DNA from: an uncultured Bacilli bacterium
GTDB taxonomy: Bacteria; Bacillota_I; Bacilli_A; RF39; UBA660
Direction: 5' to 3'
DNA: 64,000 nucleotides
NCBI GenBank assembly: GCA_934101865.1
Contig: CAKOSA010000003.1
Location: 4,940-68,939, forward strand
Part shown: positions 9,257 to 20,414 of the stretch, one piece after another
Numbering within the stretch: position 1 is the stretch's first letter
Layout: each line of letters begins with the position of its first letter
Translations under genes and position numbers: made by a program
The notes under the pieces: generated by a model
What the model was told of the DNA's origin: nothing
The model's input: the letters and a program-made list of their open reading frames with translations, nothing else
Databases searched by the model: none

Positions 9257-11302
9257 ATGAAAAAAGTAAGGGATTTTATTGTTAATCATAGCTTACTGAT
9301 TGTTATTGTTACCTTGATTGGTATGGTTCCAATGTTAATTGGTTATATGAATACCAAGATTAACTATGATATACTTGTGTACCTACCTAAGGATATTGAC
9401 ACGATGAAGGGGCAAGATATTCTTAGTGAAGATTTTGGTCTAGGTGGATATGCCTTTGTAATGGTAGATAATATGAGTAACTATGATACAATAGAGCTTG
9501 AAAAAAAATACAGAAACATAGATGGTGTTAACAAAGTTTTTAGTATGAGTGATGTTTTGGACACTACTATTAGTTATGATGTTCTTCCGGATGAGGTTAA
9601 GGATAAGCTTTATAAGGATGGAACTAGTGTAATAATGGTTACATTTGAAAATGGTAGTAGTGATGAGACAACGCTTAATGCTCTTAGTGATATGCGAGAG
9701 ATTACGGATGGTAATATTAGTAGTATGAGTGCAATGGTACTTGATACGATGAATTTATCTAATAAGGAAATTGTTGTTTATATTGCTTTGGCTGTTGTCT
9801 TTTGTTTGATTATTCTTACTATTTGTACGGATTCTTATTTTATACCGATACTTCTTTTGTCTAATATTGGGGTTGCTATTTTGTACAATATGGGTAGTAA
9901 TATTATTTTTGGGAATATTTCTTATATTACAAAGGCAATAGCGGCAGTTCTTCAGCTTGGAGTTACGACTGATTTTTCTATTTTCTTGTATCATAAGTAT
10001 GAGTTTTACAAAAAGAAGACTCGGGATAAGAAAGTGGCTATGAGTAATGCTATTAAGGAGACTTTTGTTAGTGTTATTGGATCTTCACTTACAACTGTGA
10101 TTGGTTTTCTTAGTTTATGTGCGATGGATTTGACTTTAGGAACGGATATTGGTCTTGTTATGGCTAAGGGTGTTATTTGGGGGGTTATTAGTACGCTTAC
10201 TTTATTTCCTAGTTTGCTTCTTGTTTTTGATGGGGTTATTGATAAGACTGCCCATAGGGTACTTTTGCCTAAATTTGAAAGGGTGCAAGACTTTGTGGTG
10301 AAGAGGTACAAACTTATTTTTGTTATCTTCGTGGTGCTAATGGTGCCTGCTCTTATTGGAAACGGTAATTACGAGGTTTATTACAAGCTTGATAAGTCGC
10401 TTCCGGAGATGCTCGATTTTAATGTTGCGAATAAGGAACTTGCGGATAAGTTTGGGATTGTTTCGCCAGAGATTATTATTTTGGATAAGGGCGTTAAGAG
10501 TAGTGATATAGAGGAACTTAGTACTAAACTTAAGAGTGTTGATGGTATTGATATGGTAGCTAGTGGGGCCGAGGTTATGGAGAGTGGTTTATACAGTGCT
10601 ATTTTGCCTAGTGATGTTAGGAGAATTTTGGATAATGATAAGTATCAGCTTATGATTATTAATTCTACTTATGAGATTGCGAGTGACGAGCTTAATAATC
10701 AAGTGGAGGAAGTTAATAATATTGTTCACAAATATGATACGGATGCGATTGTTGCTGGTGAGGGGGCTTTGATGAGGGATTTGGTTACGATTGCTGATCA
10801 TGATTTTAATATGGTTAATTATACTTCTATTTTATTTATTTTCGTGGTAATGGTATTTGTTCTTAAATCTATTGGGCTACCGATTATTCTTATTTGTGCT
10901 ATTGAATTTGCAATATTTACTAATATGGCTATTTCGTATTATACGGGGACGGCTCTTCCATTTATTGCATCGATTGTGGTGGGTACGATACAGCTTGGTG
11001 CAACGATTGATTATGCTATTTTGATGTCTACTAAGTATTTAGAGGAACGTGAAAAGAATGATAAGATGGTTAGTATTAGAAATACTTTGAGGAGTTCTGT
11101 TCCGTCTATTGTTACTAGTGCTTTATGTTTCTTTGGTGCTACTATTAGTGTTTACTTATATACAAAGATTGATATGATTGGTTCGATTTGTAACCTACTT
11201 AGTAGGGGGGCTATTATTAGTATGCTTGTTGTTACGCTTATACTTCCTGCCCTACTGATTGTGTTTGATAAATTTATTATGAAAACGACGAGGAGGAGAT
11301 AA
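9257..11302 (+). CDS. MMPL/RND-superfamily membrane transporter
   Basis: 681 aa. Two repeats of an extracytoplasmic domain followed by a 5-6 TM bundle. Strong AGGAGG SD. Confidence 0.85.
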   Translation: MKKVRDFIVNHSLLIVIVTLIGMVPMLIGYMNTKINYDILVYLPKDIDTMKGQDILSEDFGLGGYAFVMVDNMSNYDTIELEKKYRNIDGVNKVFSMSDVLDTTISYDVLPDEVKDKLYKDGTSVIMVTFENGSSDETTLNALSDMREITDGNISSMSAMVLDTMNLSNKEIVVYIALAVVFCLIILTICTDSYFIPILLLSNIGVAILYNMGSNIIFGNISYITKAIAAVLQLGVTTDFSIFLYHKYEFYKKKTRDKKVAMSNAIKETFVSVIGSSLTTVIGFLSLCAMDLTLGTDIGLVMAKGVIWGVISTLTLFPSLLLVFDGVIDKTAHRVLLPKFERVQDFVVKRYKLIFVIFVVLMVPALIGNGNYEVYYKLDKSLPEMLDFNVANKELADKFGIVSPEIIILDKGVKSSDIEELSTKLKSVDGIDMVASGAEVMESGLYSAILPSDVRRILDNDKYQLMIINSTYEIASDELNNQVEEVNNIVHKYDTDAIVAGEGALMRDLVTIADHDFNMVNYTSILFIFVVMVFVLKSIGLPIILICAIEFAIFTNMAISYYTGTALPFIASIVVGTIQLGATIDYAILMSTKYLEEREKNDKMVSIRNTLRSSVPSIVTSALCFFGATISVYLYTKIDMIGSICNLLSRGAIISMLVVTLILPALLIVFDKFIMKTTRRR

Positions 11303-11303
11303 A

Positions 11304-12902
11304 ATGAAAAAGAGTTTTTTAATTGGTTTATTGGCTTTGATTCCGCTTAATGTGAGTGCGAATTCTAAGGAAGAGATTGTGTATTCTAATATGGATTATT
11401 ATGGTAATGTTAAGAGTGTTAGTACTACTAGTCACATTGTTAATGGTAGTAAAGATGAGATTGTTGATTATTCTTATCTTAGGGATATTGTTAATCTTAA
11501 TGGTAAAGAGAAGTTTAGTATTACTAATGGTGAGAATGGTCTATCGAAAGTTGCTATAAGTGGTAATGGTAGGGATATTTTTTACAGAGGTAGTTCTGAT
11601 AGGGTTACACCGATTACAAGCGAGATTGAGTACTTTCTTGATGGAGAGAAAATGGACGTTAAGGATATGACTGGTAAAAGTGGGCACGTAGTGATAACTG
11701 TCAAACTTAATAATAATGAGAGGACAACGATTAATGTTGGGGGGCAAAATTTGAATGCTTATGTGCCTTTTGTTAGTAGTGTGATGATGGTTTTGGACAG
11801 TAATAACACGAACGTTAGTGTTAGTAATGGTAAATGTATTAATACTGGTAATAGGACGATTGCGATGGGGCTTGGTAGTGCTGGGCTTTACGAGAGCAGT
11901 GGTATTGAGGAGTTTAAGGATTTGGATGTGGTGAAGTTTGAGTTTGATACGGAGGGGTTTGAATTTAGTGATATTTATATTGTTTCCAAGGCTAAACTTT
12001 TAGAGGATGATGATTTGAGGGTATTTGATAAGTTGGATACTTTGGTTAGTAGTAGTAATAGTTTGAAGAGTAATATGGATTTGATTGTTAAGAGTACTGA
12101 GGATCTTTATGCGGGAGCGAAGGGTTTGAAGAGTGCTAGTGGTACGATTAATGAGAAGGTTGGGGTTGTTCTTAATTATATGAATGAGATTTTGGATGGT
12201 ACGATTAGTCTTGACGATGGGGTTAAGAGTAGTTTACAGGAGCTTGATAGTGTTAAGGAAATGCTTAATAGTAGTAGTGATAGTGAAAGTATTCAGAGTA
12301 TGATTAGTCTTATTGGATTGGATGAGGAAGCGATTAGGACTTTGGAGAGTACTAATAGTGAGCTTGCCCCTATTTATGAGAAATATCATCTTGCTGATTT
12401 GGCTTATAGTGACATTACGGATAGTAGTCTTGCGACGATTAAGAAGACTTATGAGGGAAATGTTAGTATGATTAATCTTCTTAATGGAAATGTTAAGGCA
12501 TTGAATGGTAGTCTTGCTAAATTTAATGAGATTAATGAAAAGGTTAATAGTATTATGGAGATGCTTAATTCTAAACTTAGTTATATGAGTGATGGTACTG
12601 GTAAGCTTAGAGATGGGGTTAGTAAGCTTAGAGATGGTATTAGTGAGCTTTATAGTGGTACTAGTTTATTTGATAGTAAGATGAGTGAACTTACTAGTGG
12701 GACGGATAAGCTTAATGCGGGAACTCGTCAATATAGCGAGAGTGGTATTAATACTTTATATAATTATTCTATGACTGTTAAGGAATATGGGGATAAGTTA
12801 AAGGCATTGGTGGAACTTAGCAATGGTTATAAGGGATATAGTGCTGATAACTGCGATAGTAGTTTGTTTATTGGGCTCGTTAAGGCTAGTAATAGTAAAT
12901 AG
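11304..12902 (+). CDS. Secreted YhgE/Pip-domain-like protein
   Basis: 532 aa. Signal peptide (LIPLNVSANS) and repeated GTxKLxDG / SxLxxG helical motifs typical of YhgE/Pip proteins. No C-terminal TM block. Starts 1 nt after the MMPL stop. Confidence 0.6.
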   Translation: MKKSFLIGLLALIPLNVSANSKEEIVYSNMDYYGNVKSVSTTSHIVNGSKDEIVDYSYLRDIVNLNGKEKFSITNGENGLSKVAISGNGRDIFYRGSSDRVTPITSEIEYFLDGEKMDVKDMTGKSGHVVITVKLNNNERTTINVGGQNLNAYVPFVSSVMMVLDSNNTNVSVSNGKCINTGNRTIAMGLGSAGLYESSGIEEFKDLDVVKFEFDTEGFEFSDIYIVSKAKLLEDDDLRVFDKLDTLVSSSNSLKSNMDLIVKSTEDLYAGAKGLKSASGTINEKVGVVLNYMNEILDGTISLDDGVKSSLQELDSVKEMLNSSSDSESIQSMISLIGLDEEAIRTLESTNSELAPIYEKYHLADLAYSDITDSSLATIKKTYEGNVSMINLLNGNVKALNGSLAKFNEINEKVNSIMEMLNSKLSYMSDGTGKLRDGVSKLRDGISELYSGTSLFDSKMSELTSGTDKLNAGTRQYSESGINTLYNYSMTVKEYGDKLKALVELSNGYKGYSADNCDSSLFIGLVKASNSK

Positions 12903-12934
12903 TTTTAGAGTTTTAATTGAAATATTGCTATAAT

Positions 12935-12972
12935 AAAACTAGAACTGATATGAAAAGTTGGTTCTAGTTTTT
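12935..12972 (+). terminator. Rho-independent terminator
   Basis: AAAACTAGAAC-15 nt-GTTCTAGTTTTT hairpin with a T-run after the YhgE-like gene. Confidence 0.6.
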
Positions 12973-13027
12973 GCATTTTATTTGTTTTTATGTTATAATA
13001 TGGATAATTTTGTGGGGAGGTGAAAAA

Positions 13028-13285
13028 ATGGTTATTCTTATTTTATCGATAGTTGCATTGGTTATTTCTAGGTTTGTTCCTGTGTTAGGGATTATTCTTG
13101 GAATTGTTACGCTTGTTTTGGGAATTAAGGGTAAAAAGAATGGAGATAAGTATGCAACTGCTGTTATTGTTATTTCCTCTATTGCTATTTTGTATGCTGG
13201 AATTTTAGTTGTTCTGGAAATTATGATGAATATTGGTTGGAATGGCGTTAGTAATTCTATTAATAATACTTGGGGTAATAATTAA
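13028..13285 (+). CDS. Small two-TM membrane protein (DUF4190-like)
   Basis: 85 aa from the ATG at 13028, preceded by a GGGGAGGTG SD. Two hydrophobic helices. Confidence 0.5.
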   Translation: MVILILSIVALVISRFVPVLGIILGIVTLVLGIKGKKNGDKYATAVIVISSIAILYAGILVVLEIMMNIGWNGVSNSINNTWGNN

Positions 13286-13297
13286 TTAAAAGTATTT

Positions 13298-13330
13298 GAA
13301 AACTAGAACTTTGCGGGTTCTAGTTTTATT
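13298..13330. terminator. Bidirectional hairpin terminator between convergent genes
   Basis: GAAAACTAGAAC-tttgcgg-GTTCTAGTTTTATTTT, with an A-tract and a T-tract flanking the stem. Confidence 0.6.
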
Positions 13331-13374
13331 TTGTTTATTTCTCCCCTACTCTAATGGTATTTGCTCCCGTAGGG

Positions 13375-14274
13375 CTAAAATTTATTTTGCGTGGAATTTG
13401 TAAAAATGGGGATAAAACTTTCTTTGTTTGTTTCGCCATCTTGAACGAAGGCGTTTCTTATTCCTAATTCGTAGGCGTAATCGATTACTTCGTTGTATTC
13501 TTTTTTGGTGAGGGGGCGGTTGAGACTTGGATAAGGGGTGGGTCGCACGGGGGTATATTGGTTCATTATACTGATGTATATGTTATCTTTGTAAGTGCCA
13601 TAGAGATATTTTAGGATTTTTTTGCTATCTTCGATGTGATCCGGTAAAACGAGATGTCTAACTATGAGGCCTTTGGTGATTATTCCTTCGTCATTAAATT
13701 GGGGACTGCCTACTTGGTTATACATTTCTGCTATGGCTTTGATGGCTATATCGAAATAGCTAGGAGCGTTTGAGTATTTTTGGGCGAGATTGGAAGAGTA
13801 ATATTTTAGATCTGGTAAATATATATCAACTTTGTTATTTAGGAGTTTTAATGTATCAATGTTTTCATAAGATGATGTGTTATATATAATTGGGATGGTT
13901 AGGCCTTTATCTTTGGCGATGGTTAGGGCATTAATTATATTTGGGACATAATGAGTTGGAGTTACTAGATTTATGTTATGAGCTCCTTTTTTTTGGAGCG
14001 TCAGCATTATATCAGCTAATTCTGTAATACTTACGGTATAACCTTTATGATTTTTGGTTAATTCGTAGTTCTGACAATATATGCAATTTAGAGAACAGTG
14101 GGTAAAGAATATTGTTCCTGATCCGTGATTGCCAGAAATTGGTGGTTCTTCCCACTGGTGAAGAGAGTAATTTCCTATTTGAATTGTTGTAGAACTTTTG
14201 CAGTATCCTAAGGTAGTGGTTCTATTTGCTTGGCAATTTCGAGGACATAGTGTGCATTTATAATTTTCTTGCAT
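13375..14274 (-). CDS. Radical SAM protein (PflA/PflX-like activase family)
   Basis: 299 aa. CSLNCIYCQN CxxxCxxC cluster motif plus an N-terminal Cys cluster (CTLCPRNC). Confidence 0.8.
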   Translation of the reverse strand: MQENYKCTLCPRNCQANRTTTLGYCKSSTTIQIGNYSLHQWEEPPISGNHGSGTIFFTHCSLNCIYCQNYELTKNHKGYTVSITELADIMLTLQKKGAHNINLVTPTHYVPNIINALTIAKDKGLTIPIIYNTSSYENIDTLKLLNNKVDIYLPDLKYYSSNLAQKYSNAPSYFDIAIKAIAEMYNQVGSPQFNDEGIITKGLIVRHLVLPDHIEDSKKILKYLYGTYKDNIYISIMNQYTPVRPTPYPSLNRPLTKKEYNEVIDYAYELGIRNAFVQDGETNKESFIPIFTNSTQNKF

Positions 14275-14280
14275 TTCTCT

Positions 14281-14306
14281 ATAATAAAAGGTCAGATGTC
14301 TGACCT
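14281..14306 (-). terminator. Rho-independent terminator after dnaJ
   Basis: Minus strand reads AGGTCAGACATCTGACCT followed by TTTTATTAT. Confidence 0.6.
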
Positions 14307-14310
14307 GAAT

Positions 14311-15438
14311 TTATTTTAGAAACTTTTTGAATTTAGATAGAAGAGAATTGTCTTTTAATTCTTCATCTAATTCCTCGAATAATTGCTTTTGTTTTCTTGT
14401 TAATCTTTCTGGTATTTTAACGTTAACCACCACAAACATATCACCTTTTCTTTTGCTGGATACGTTTTCTACTCCTTTTCCTCTTAATCTTAATTTATGG
14501 CCATTTTGAGTGCCGGCAGGAATTGATAAATCTACCTTACCATATATAGTTGGTATTTCTTTTTTACAGCCTAATGTTGCTTCTGTTATGGTAAGTGGTA
14601 ATTCTAGGTATATATCGTCTTCAACTCTTTGGAATAGCTCGTGATCTTTTACCGTGAATTCTATGTAAAGGTCTCCGGCTGGACCACCGTTCATTCCAGC
14701 CTCGCCTTTTCCAGCTAATCTTAATCTGTTTCCAGTATCAATGCCACTAGGAACGGTTATGGTTATTTCTTTATCTACGGTTTTTCTGCCAGTTCCTTTA
14801 CAACTACTACATTTTCTTTCATAAGTTTTACCTGTTCCTTTACAGTGCGGACAGGTTGTTTTACTTAGAAAACTTCCAAATATTGTTCTTTGCTCGCTAG
14901 TTATAGTACCGCTTCCTCGACATTCAGAACAGGTTTTGGAGTTAAAACCTCCTTTCCCGTCACAATCGGGACAAGCTTCCTCAGTTTCTAATTCTATGCT
15001 TTTTTTACAACCGTGAACAGCTTCATCAAATGTTATCGTCATACTGTGGAGTAAATCTCTTCCCTTAGAAGCACTGGTTCTACTTCCACCTCTGGTACGT
15101 GATCCGCCAAAGCCTCCGAAAGATCCGCCACCAAAGCCTCCAAGGATATCTTCAAAAATGTCTGACATATTTCCAAAATCAAAGCCTTCAAATCCAGAAA
15201 AGCCTCCGTTTTGATTATTAAAAGCATTGTGTCCAAATTGATCATATTTGGCTCTTTTATCTTTGTCGGATAAAACGGCATAGGCTTCTTGGGCTTCTTT
15301 AAATTTTTCAGCCGCATTTTCTTCTGTTGATATATCGGGATGATATTTTTTGGCTAACTTTCGGAAGGCTGATTTTATTTCAGCCTCGGTTGCTGTTTTA
15401 GGGACACCAAGCACTTCATAGTAATCTCTTTTATTCAT
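14311..15438 (-). CDS. dnaJ: Chaperone DnaJ
   Basis: 375 aa. J domain (YYEVLGV..HPD), G/F-rich linker, four CxxCxGxG zinc-finger repeats. Confidence 0.95.
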   Translation of the reverse strand: MNKRDYYEVLGVPKTATEAEIKSAFRKLAKKYHPDISTEENAAEKFKEAQEAYAVLSDKDKRAKYDQFGHNAFNNQNGGFSGFEGFDFGNMSDIFEDILGGFGGGSFGGFGGSRTRGGSRTSASKGRDLLHSMTITFDEAVHGCKKSIELETEEACPDCDGKGGFNSKTCSECRGSGTITSEQRTIFGSFLSKTTCPHCKGTGKTYERKCSSCKGTGRKTVDKEITITVPSGIDTGNRLRLAGKGEAGMNGGPAGDLYIEFTVKDHELFQRVEDDIYLELPLTITEATLGCKKEIPTIYGKVDLSIPAGTQNGHKLRLRGKGVENVSSKRKGDMFVVVNVKIPERLTRKQKQLFEELDEELKDNSLLSKFKKFLK

Positions 15439-15470
15439 TTTGCTTCCTCTTTTCTACTAATTAACTGAAT

Positions 15471-15492
15471 AAGTTCTAGCGAACTAGAACTT
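15471..15492 (-). other. 9-bp hairpin between dnaK and dnaJ (attenuator/processing site candidate)
   Basis: AAGTTCTAG-cgaa-CTAGAACTT. No T-run follows on the transcribed strand. Confidence 0.35.
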
Positions 15493-15499
15493 AATCTTT

Positions 15500-17699
<2,200 letters not shown>

Positions 17700-17710
17700 T
17701 TAAACACTTC

Positions 17711-18325
17711 CTATTCGTTTACCTTAACCATTGCTGGTCTTAGGACTTTGTCTTTATACATATATCCTTTTTGAAGGACTTCTAAAATTATTCCTTGTTC
17801 TTTATCTTCGACATTTCCAACTAGTACAGCTTGATGATATGTTGGATCAAATTTTTCACCTAAGCAATTCATTTCTACTATTTCGTGCTTTGCTAGAAGA
17901 TTTTTTGTGTGTCCGTAAATCATTTTGATACCTTCTAGGAACTTGCTTACTTCATCATCCAAGTTATCATCATCCATATTTATGGCTCTTTCAAAATTGT
18001 CTAGTATATCTAAAAACTCACTAGCTATTGGTTCTTCTGCATATTTAATTAAACGAGCTGTTTCTTCATCTTTTCTTCGTTTATAGTTTATAACTTCTGC
18101 TTTGGCTTTTAATACTTCTTCTTCTAAGGCTTTGATTTTTTCATCCTTGCTGTTGTCACTTTGACAACAACCGCATTCATTAAGGCATTCTTCGTTATTA
18201 CAGTTTTCATCACAATTGCAGTTTTCATCACAGTTGCAGTTTTCATCACAGTTGCAGTTACAGTTGCAATTGCATTCTTCTTCATTATGATTTTTTTTAT
18301 TTTTTTCTTTAGTTTTCTTATTCAT
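17711..18325 (-). CDS. grpE: Nucleotide exchange factor GrpE with Cys-rich N-terminal extension
   Basis: C-terminal two-thirds matches GrpE (coiled coil plus the GYMYKDKVLRPAMVKV beta-domain). Start set to the ATG at 18325 (AAAGGTGG SD). Confidence 0.9.
   Translation of the reverse strand: MNKKTKEKNKKNHNEEECNCNCNCNCDENCNCDENCNCDENCNNEECLNECGCCQSDNSKDEKIKALEEEVLKAKAEVINYKRRKDEETARLIKYAEEPIASEFLDILDNFERAINMDDDNLDDEVSKFLEGIKMIYGHTKNLLAKHEIVEMNCLGEKFDPTYHQAVLVGNVEDKEQGIILEVLQKGYMYKDKVLRPAMVKVNE
18201..18254 (-). repeat. 3 x 18-nt in-frame tandem repeat inside grpE (encodes CDENCN units)
   Basis: Plus strand reads cagttttcatcacaRttg three times in a row, continuing into CNCNCN-coding repeats up to about 18274. 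Confidence 0.9.
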
Positions 18326-19349
18326 TATTATTACCACCTTTATCTGTTATATTGTCCCTCATATAATTTAATATGCTTACGACTCTATCATATTCCATTC
18401 TTTTGGGTCCTACTATTGCAATAGTTACCAGTTCTCCGTCAATATTATAATTTGTTTTTACTACGGATACGTCATCCGTTATTTCACTTTCTTTACCAAT
18501 ATAAATATTTATACCGTTTTCTTCATTGGTTATTTTGGTAATATCATTTATATCTTCAAATTTTTCTAATATCTTTCTCACTTTGTCAATATTTGTAAAT
18601 TCTGGTTGCTTCAAGAAATTATTTCTTCCCTCGAAATATACGTCGGGTTTATTTTTAGTAGTAAACTCATTAAAGGCATCGTAGAAAGTATTATATAATA
18701 TTTCGTGTTGTTTTACATATCTTCCTATAACTGGTTTTACATCATATTCAAGCTTTTCACTTATTTCATTTATAGGTGTTCCGATAAGAAGTTTGTTTAT
18801 TAAATTTACTGTTTTTACTATATCATCTGGTTCTACATCGAGCGGTAAAGTCATATTTTTGTGTTCTATATGGCCTTTATCTGTTATTACTAATGTTAAA
18901 ATTTTGCCAGCCTCAATTGGAACTACTTCTATTTGTTTTAGTTTATTTGTCTCCGATGCTTGGCCTAATACTATCGTTGTATAATTTGTTATTTCCGATA
19001 TAATTTCTATACTTTTTCTTATGGTATTACTTAAATCTAGGGTTTGGTTGTGAAAAATTGTTTGTAGTTTATACATATCCTTACTTGACATATCTTTTGG
19101 TTTCATAAGGTGGGATACATAGTATCTATATCCTTCTTCACTTGGTATACGTCCGGATGCGTAGTGTGCTTTTTCTAGCAATCCTTGTTCTTCTAAGTGA
19201 ACCATATCATTTCTTACTGTGGCACTAGAACATTTTAAGGCGTCACAGATATTGTTTGAGCTTACTGGTTTCGCATAGGAAATATAGCTTTCAACCACCC
19301 ATTTTAAGATATCTTTCTGTCTCCTTGTTAACAAATTATCACTTCCCAT
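18318..19349 (-). CDS. hrcA: Heat-inducible transcription repressor HrcA
   Basis: LTRRQKDILKWVVESYI..PVSS winged-helix N-terminus and overall HrcA collinearity. Start set to the ATG at 19349; the longer ORF would start at a TTG inside the operator. Confidence 0.9.
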   Translation of the reverse strand: MGSDNLLTRRQKDILKWVVESYISYAKPVSSNNICDALKCSSATVRNDMVHLEEQGLLEKAHYASGRIPSEEGYRYYVSHLMKPKDMSSKDMYKLQTIFHNQTLDLSNTIRKSIEIISEITNYTTIVLGQASETNKLKQIEVVPIEAGKILTLVITDKGHIEHKNMTLPLDVEPDDIVKTVNLINKLLIGTPINEISEKLEYDVKPVIGRYVKQHEILYNTFYDAFNEFTTKNKPDVYFEGRNNFLKQPEFTNIDKVRKILEKFEDINDITKITNEENGINIYIGKESEITDDVSVVKTNYNIDGELVTIAIVGPKRMEYDRVVSILNYMRDNITDKGGNNNE

Positions 19350-19357
19350 CACTTCCC

Positions 19358-19383
19358 TTAGCAATCCTTTTTTCAATTGCTAA
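19358..19383 (-). promoter_or_regulatory. CIRCE-like inverted repeat (proximal operator)
   Basis: TTAGCAAT-N10-ATTGCTAA just downstream of the -10. The outer hexamers TTAGCA/TGCTAA match canonical CIRCE (TTAGCACTC-N9-GAGTGCTAA). Confidence 0.55.
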
Positions 19384-19387
19384 GGTA

Positions 19388-19416
19388 ATTTTAGCACTTT
19401 AATTTAGCAATGTCAA
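19388..19416 (-). promoter_or_regulatory. Sigma-A-type promoter of the hrcA operon
   Basis: Minus strand reads TTGACA-17 nt-TAAAAT with an upstream TGc extended -10. Confidence 0.6.
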
Positions 19417-19429
19417 TAGATAATTGCTA
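19404..19429 (-). promoter_or_regulatory. CIRCE-like inverted repeat (distal operator, overlaps the -35)
   Basis: TTAGCAAT-N11-ATTGCTA. The TTGACA -35 lies inside its spacer. Confidence 0.5.
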
Positions 19430-19772
19430 TTTTTTTAAAAAAAGTGTAAATCTGTATGTGATAATGCTTCCTCTCACGAGGTTGCGTTTTCTGTTTCTTA
19501 GAATTAGTTATCTAATTCGTCCGCAGACTTAAATTCCGATATGAGCTACCGTACTTTATTTAATGTTTTTTTCTTTTATTATTTATATATTAGTTTATAA
19601 TATTAATTTTGATTTATATTTATAATATGAATTCCGTCTTTCTGCCACACTGTATGTTGTGTTTCGTTTTTATTAATAAGTTTACATATATATGATGGCA
19701 TAGCTAAATGTGAGGAACGGAACTTTGATGGCATTTTGATGACATAGTAAAATTAAAATGAAGTTGGTGCTT

Positions 19773-19812
19773 TTATTTGTTTATTTGATTATTTAATTAT
19801 TTGTTTATCTGA
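19773..19812. repeat. 5 x 8-nt tandem repeat TTATTTGW
   Basis: ttatttgt ttatttga ttatttaa ttatttgt ttatctga, read directly from the sequence. Confidence 0.8.
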
Positions 19813-20114
19813 AAGATAAAATTATAACTGTGTTTTGTTTAAACTTTTTTCTTCAATCCGTTTTATCCCTTAGGTTATTTTTATTATTTATTAGTTTTCT
19901 TCCATAATTTTTTTCTTAGATTGCTGTTATTTTTTTTGATTAGTTTTATCTCTTTAATTTTTTTATTTCTTCAATTAGTTTTATCCTTTGGTTTACTTTT
20001 TATCCTTTAATTTACTTTTATTATTTATCAAATTACTTTTATTTATTAGTTATCTTTGCGGGGAAAAAAAGAAATGAAAAGTTTGACACGTTGCTTTTAT
20101 TCTTCATCCTTTTC

Positions 20115-20369
20115 TTACTCTTCATCTTCTTCTATCTTATCAAAAAGTTGCACAACTTCTATATTTAAGGCATCAGCAATAATACTGACAGTTTCTAAGG
20201 AAAAATGATGTTTTTTTATATTAGGTGCCTCTATTCTTCTAATATATTCGTGTGAAAGCTGGCAGCGTTCTGCTAATTGGGCTTGTGTTATGCCTATTGA
20301 TTTTCGATATTTCTTAATATTGTACGAAACTATATCGTAAACATCTCCTCTTCTTTTCTTTGCACTCAT
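20115..20369 (-). CDS. XRE-family HTH transcriptional regulator
   Basis: HTH_3 motif (IGITQAQLAERCQLSHEYIRRIE). Start set to the ATG at 20369, 6 nt after an AAGGTG SD. Confidence 0.7.
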   Translation of the reverse strand: MSAKKRRGDVYDIVSYNIKKYRKSIGITQAQLAERCQLSHEYIRRIEAPNIKKHHFSLETVSIIADALNIEVVQLFDKIEEDEE

Positions 20370-20414
20370 TTTCATCACCTTAACTTTATTCTCTCACAAA
20401 TTTTTCATTTTTTA

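Noticed and set aside
19694-19812. Mini-ORFs in the 0.7-kb non-coding region, for example the 12-codon MKLVLLFVYLII starting around 19758.
   Set aside because: No SD is present, they are very short, and their hydrophobic content is what T-rich repeats produce by chance.
19861-20010. Four TTATCC-containing repeats (TTATCCCTT, TTATCTCTT, TTATCCTTT twice) considered as DnaA boxes or a replication origin.
   Set aside because: They match only the first 6 nt of TTATCCACA and lack the CACA half. No dnaA/dnaN is nearby, and gene orientation does not switch here.
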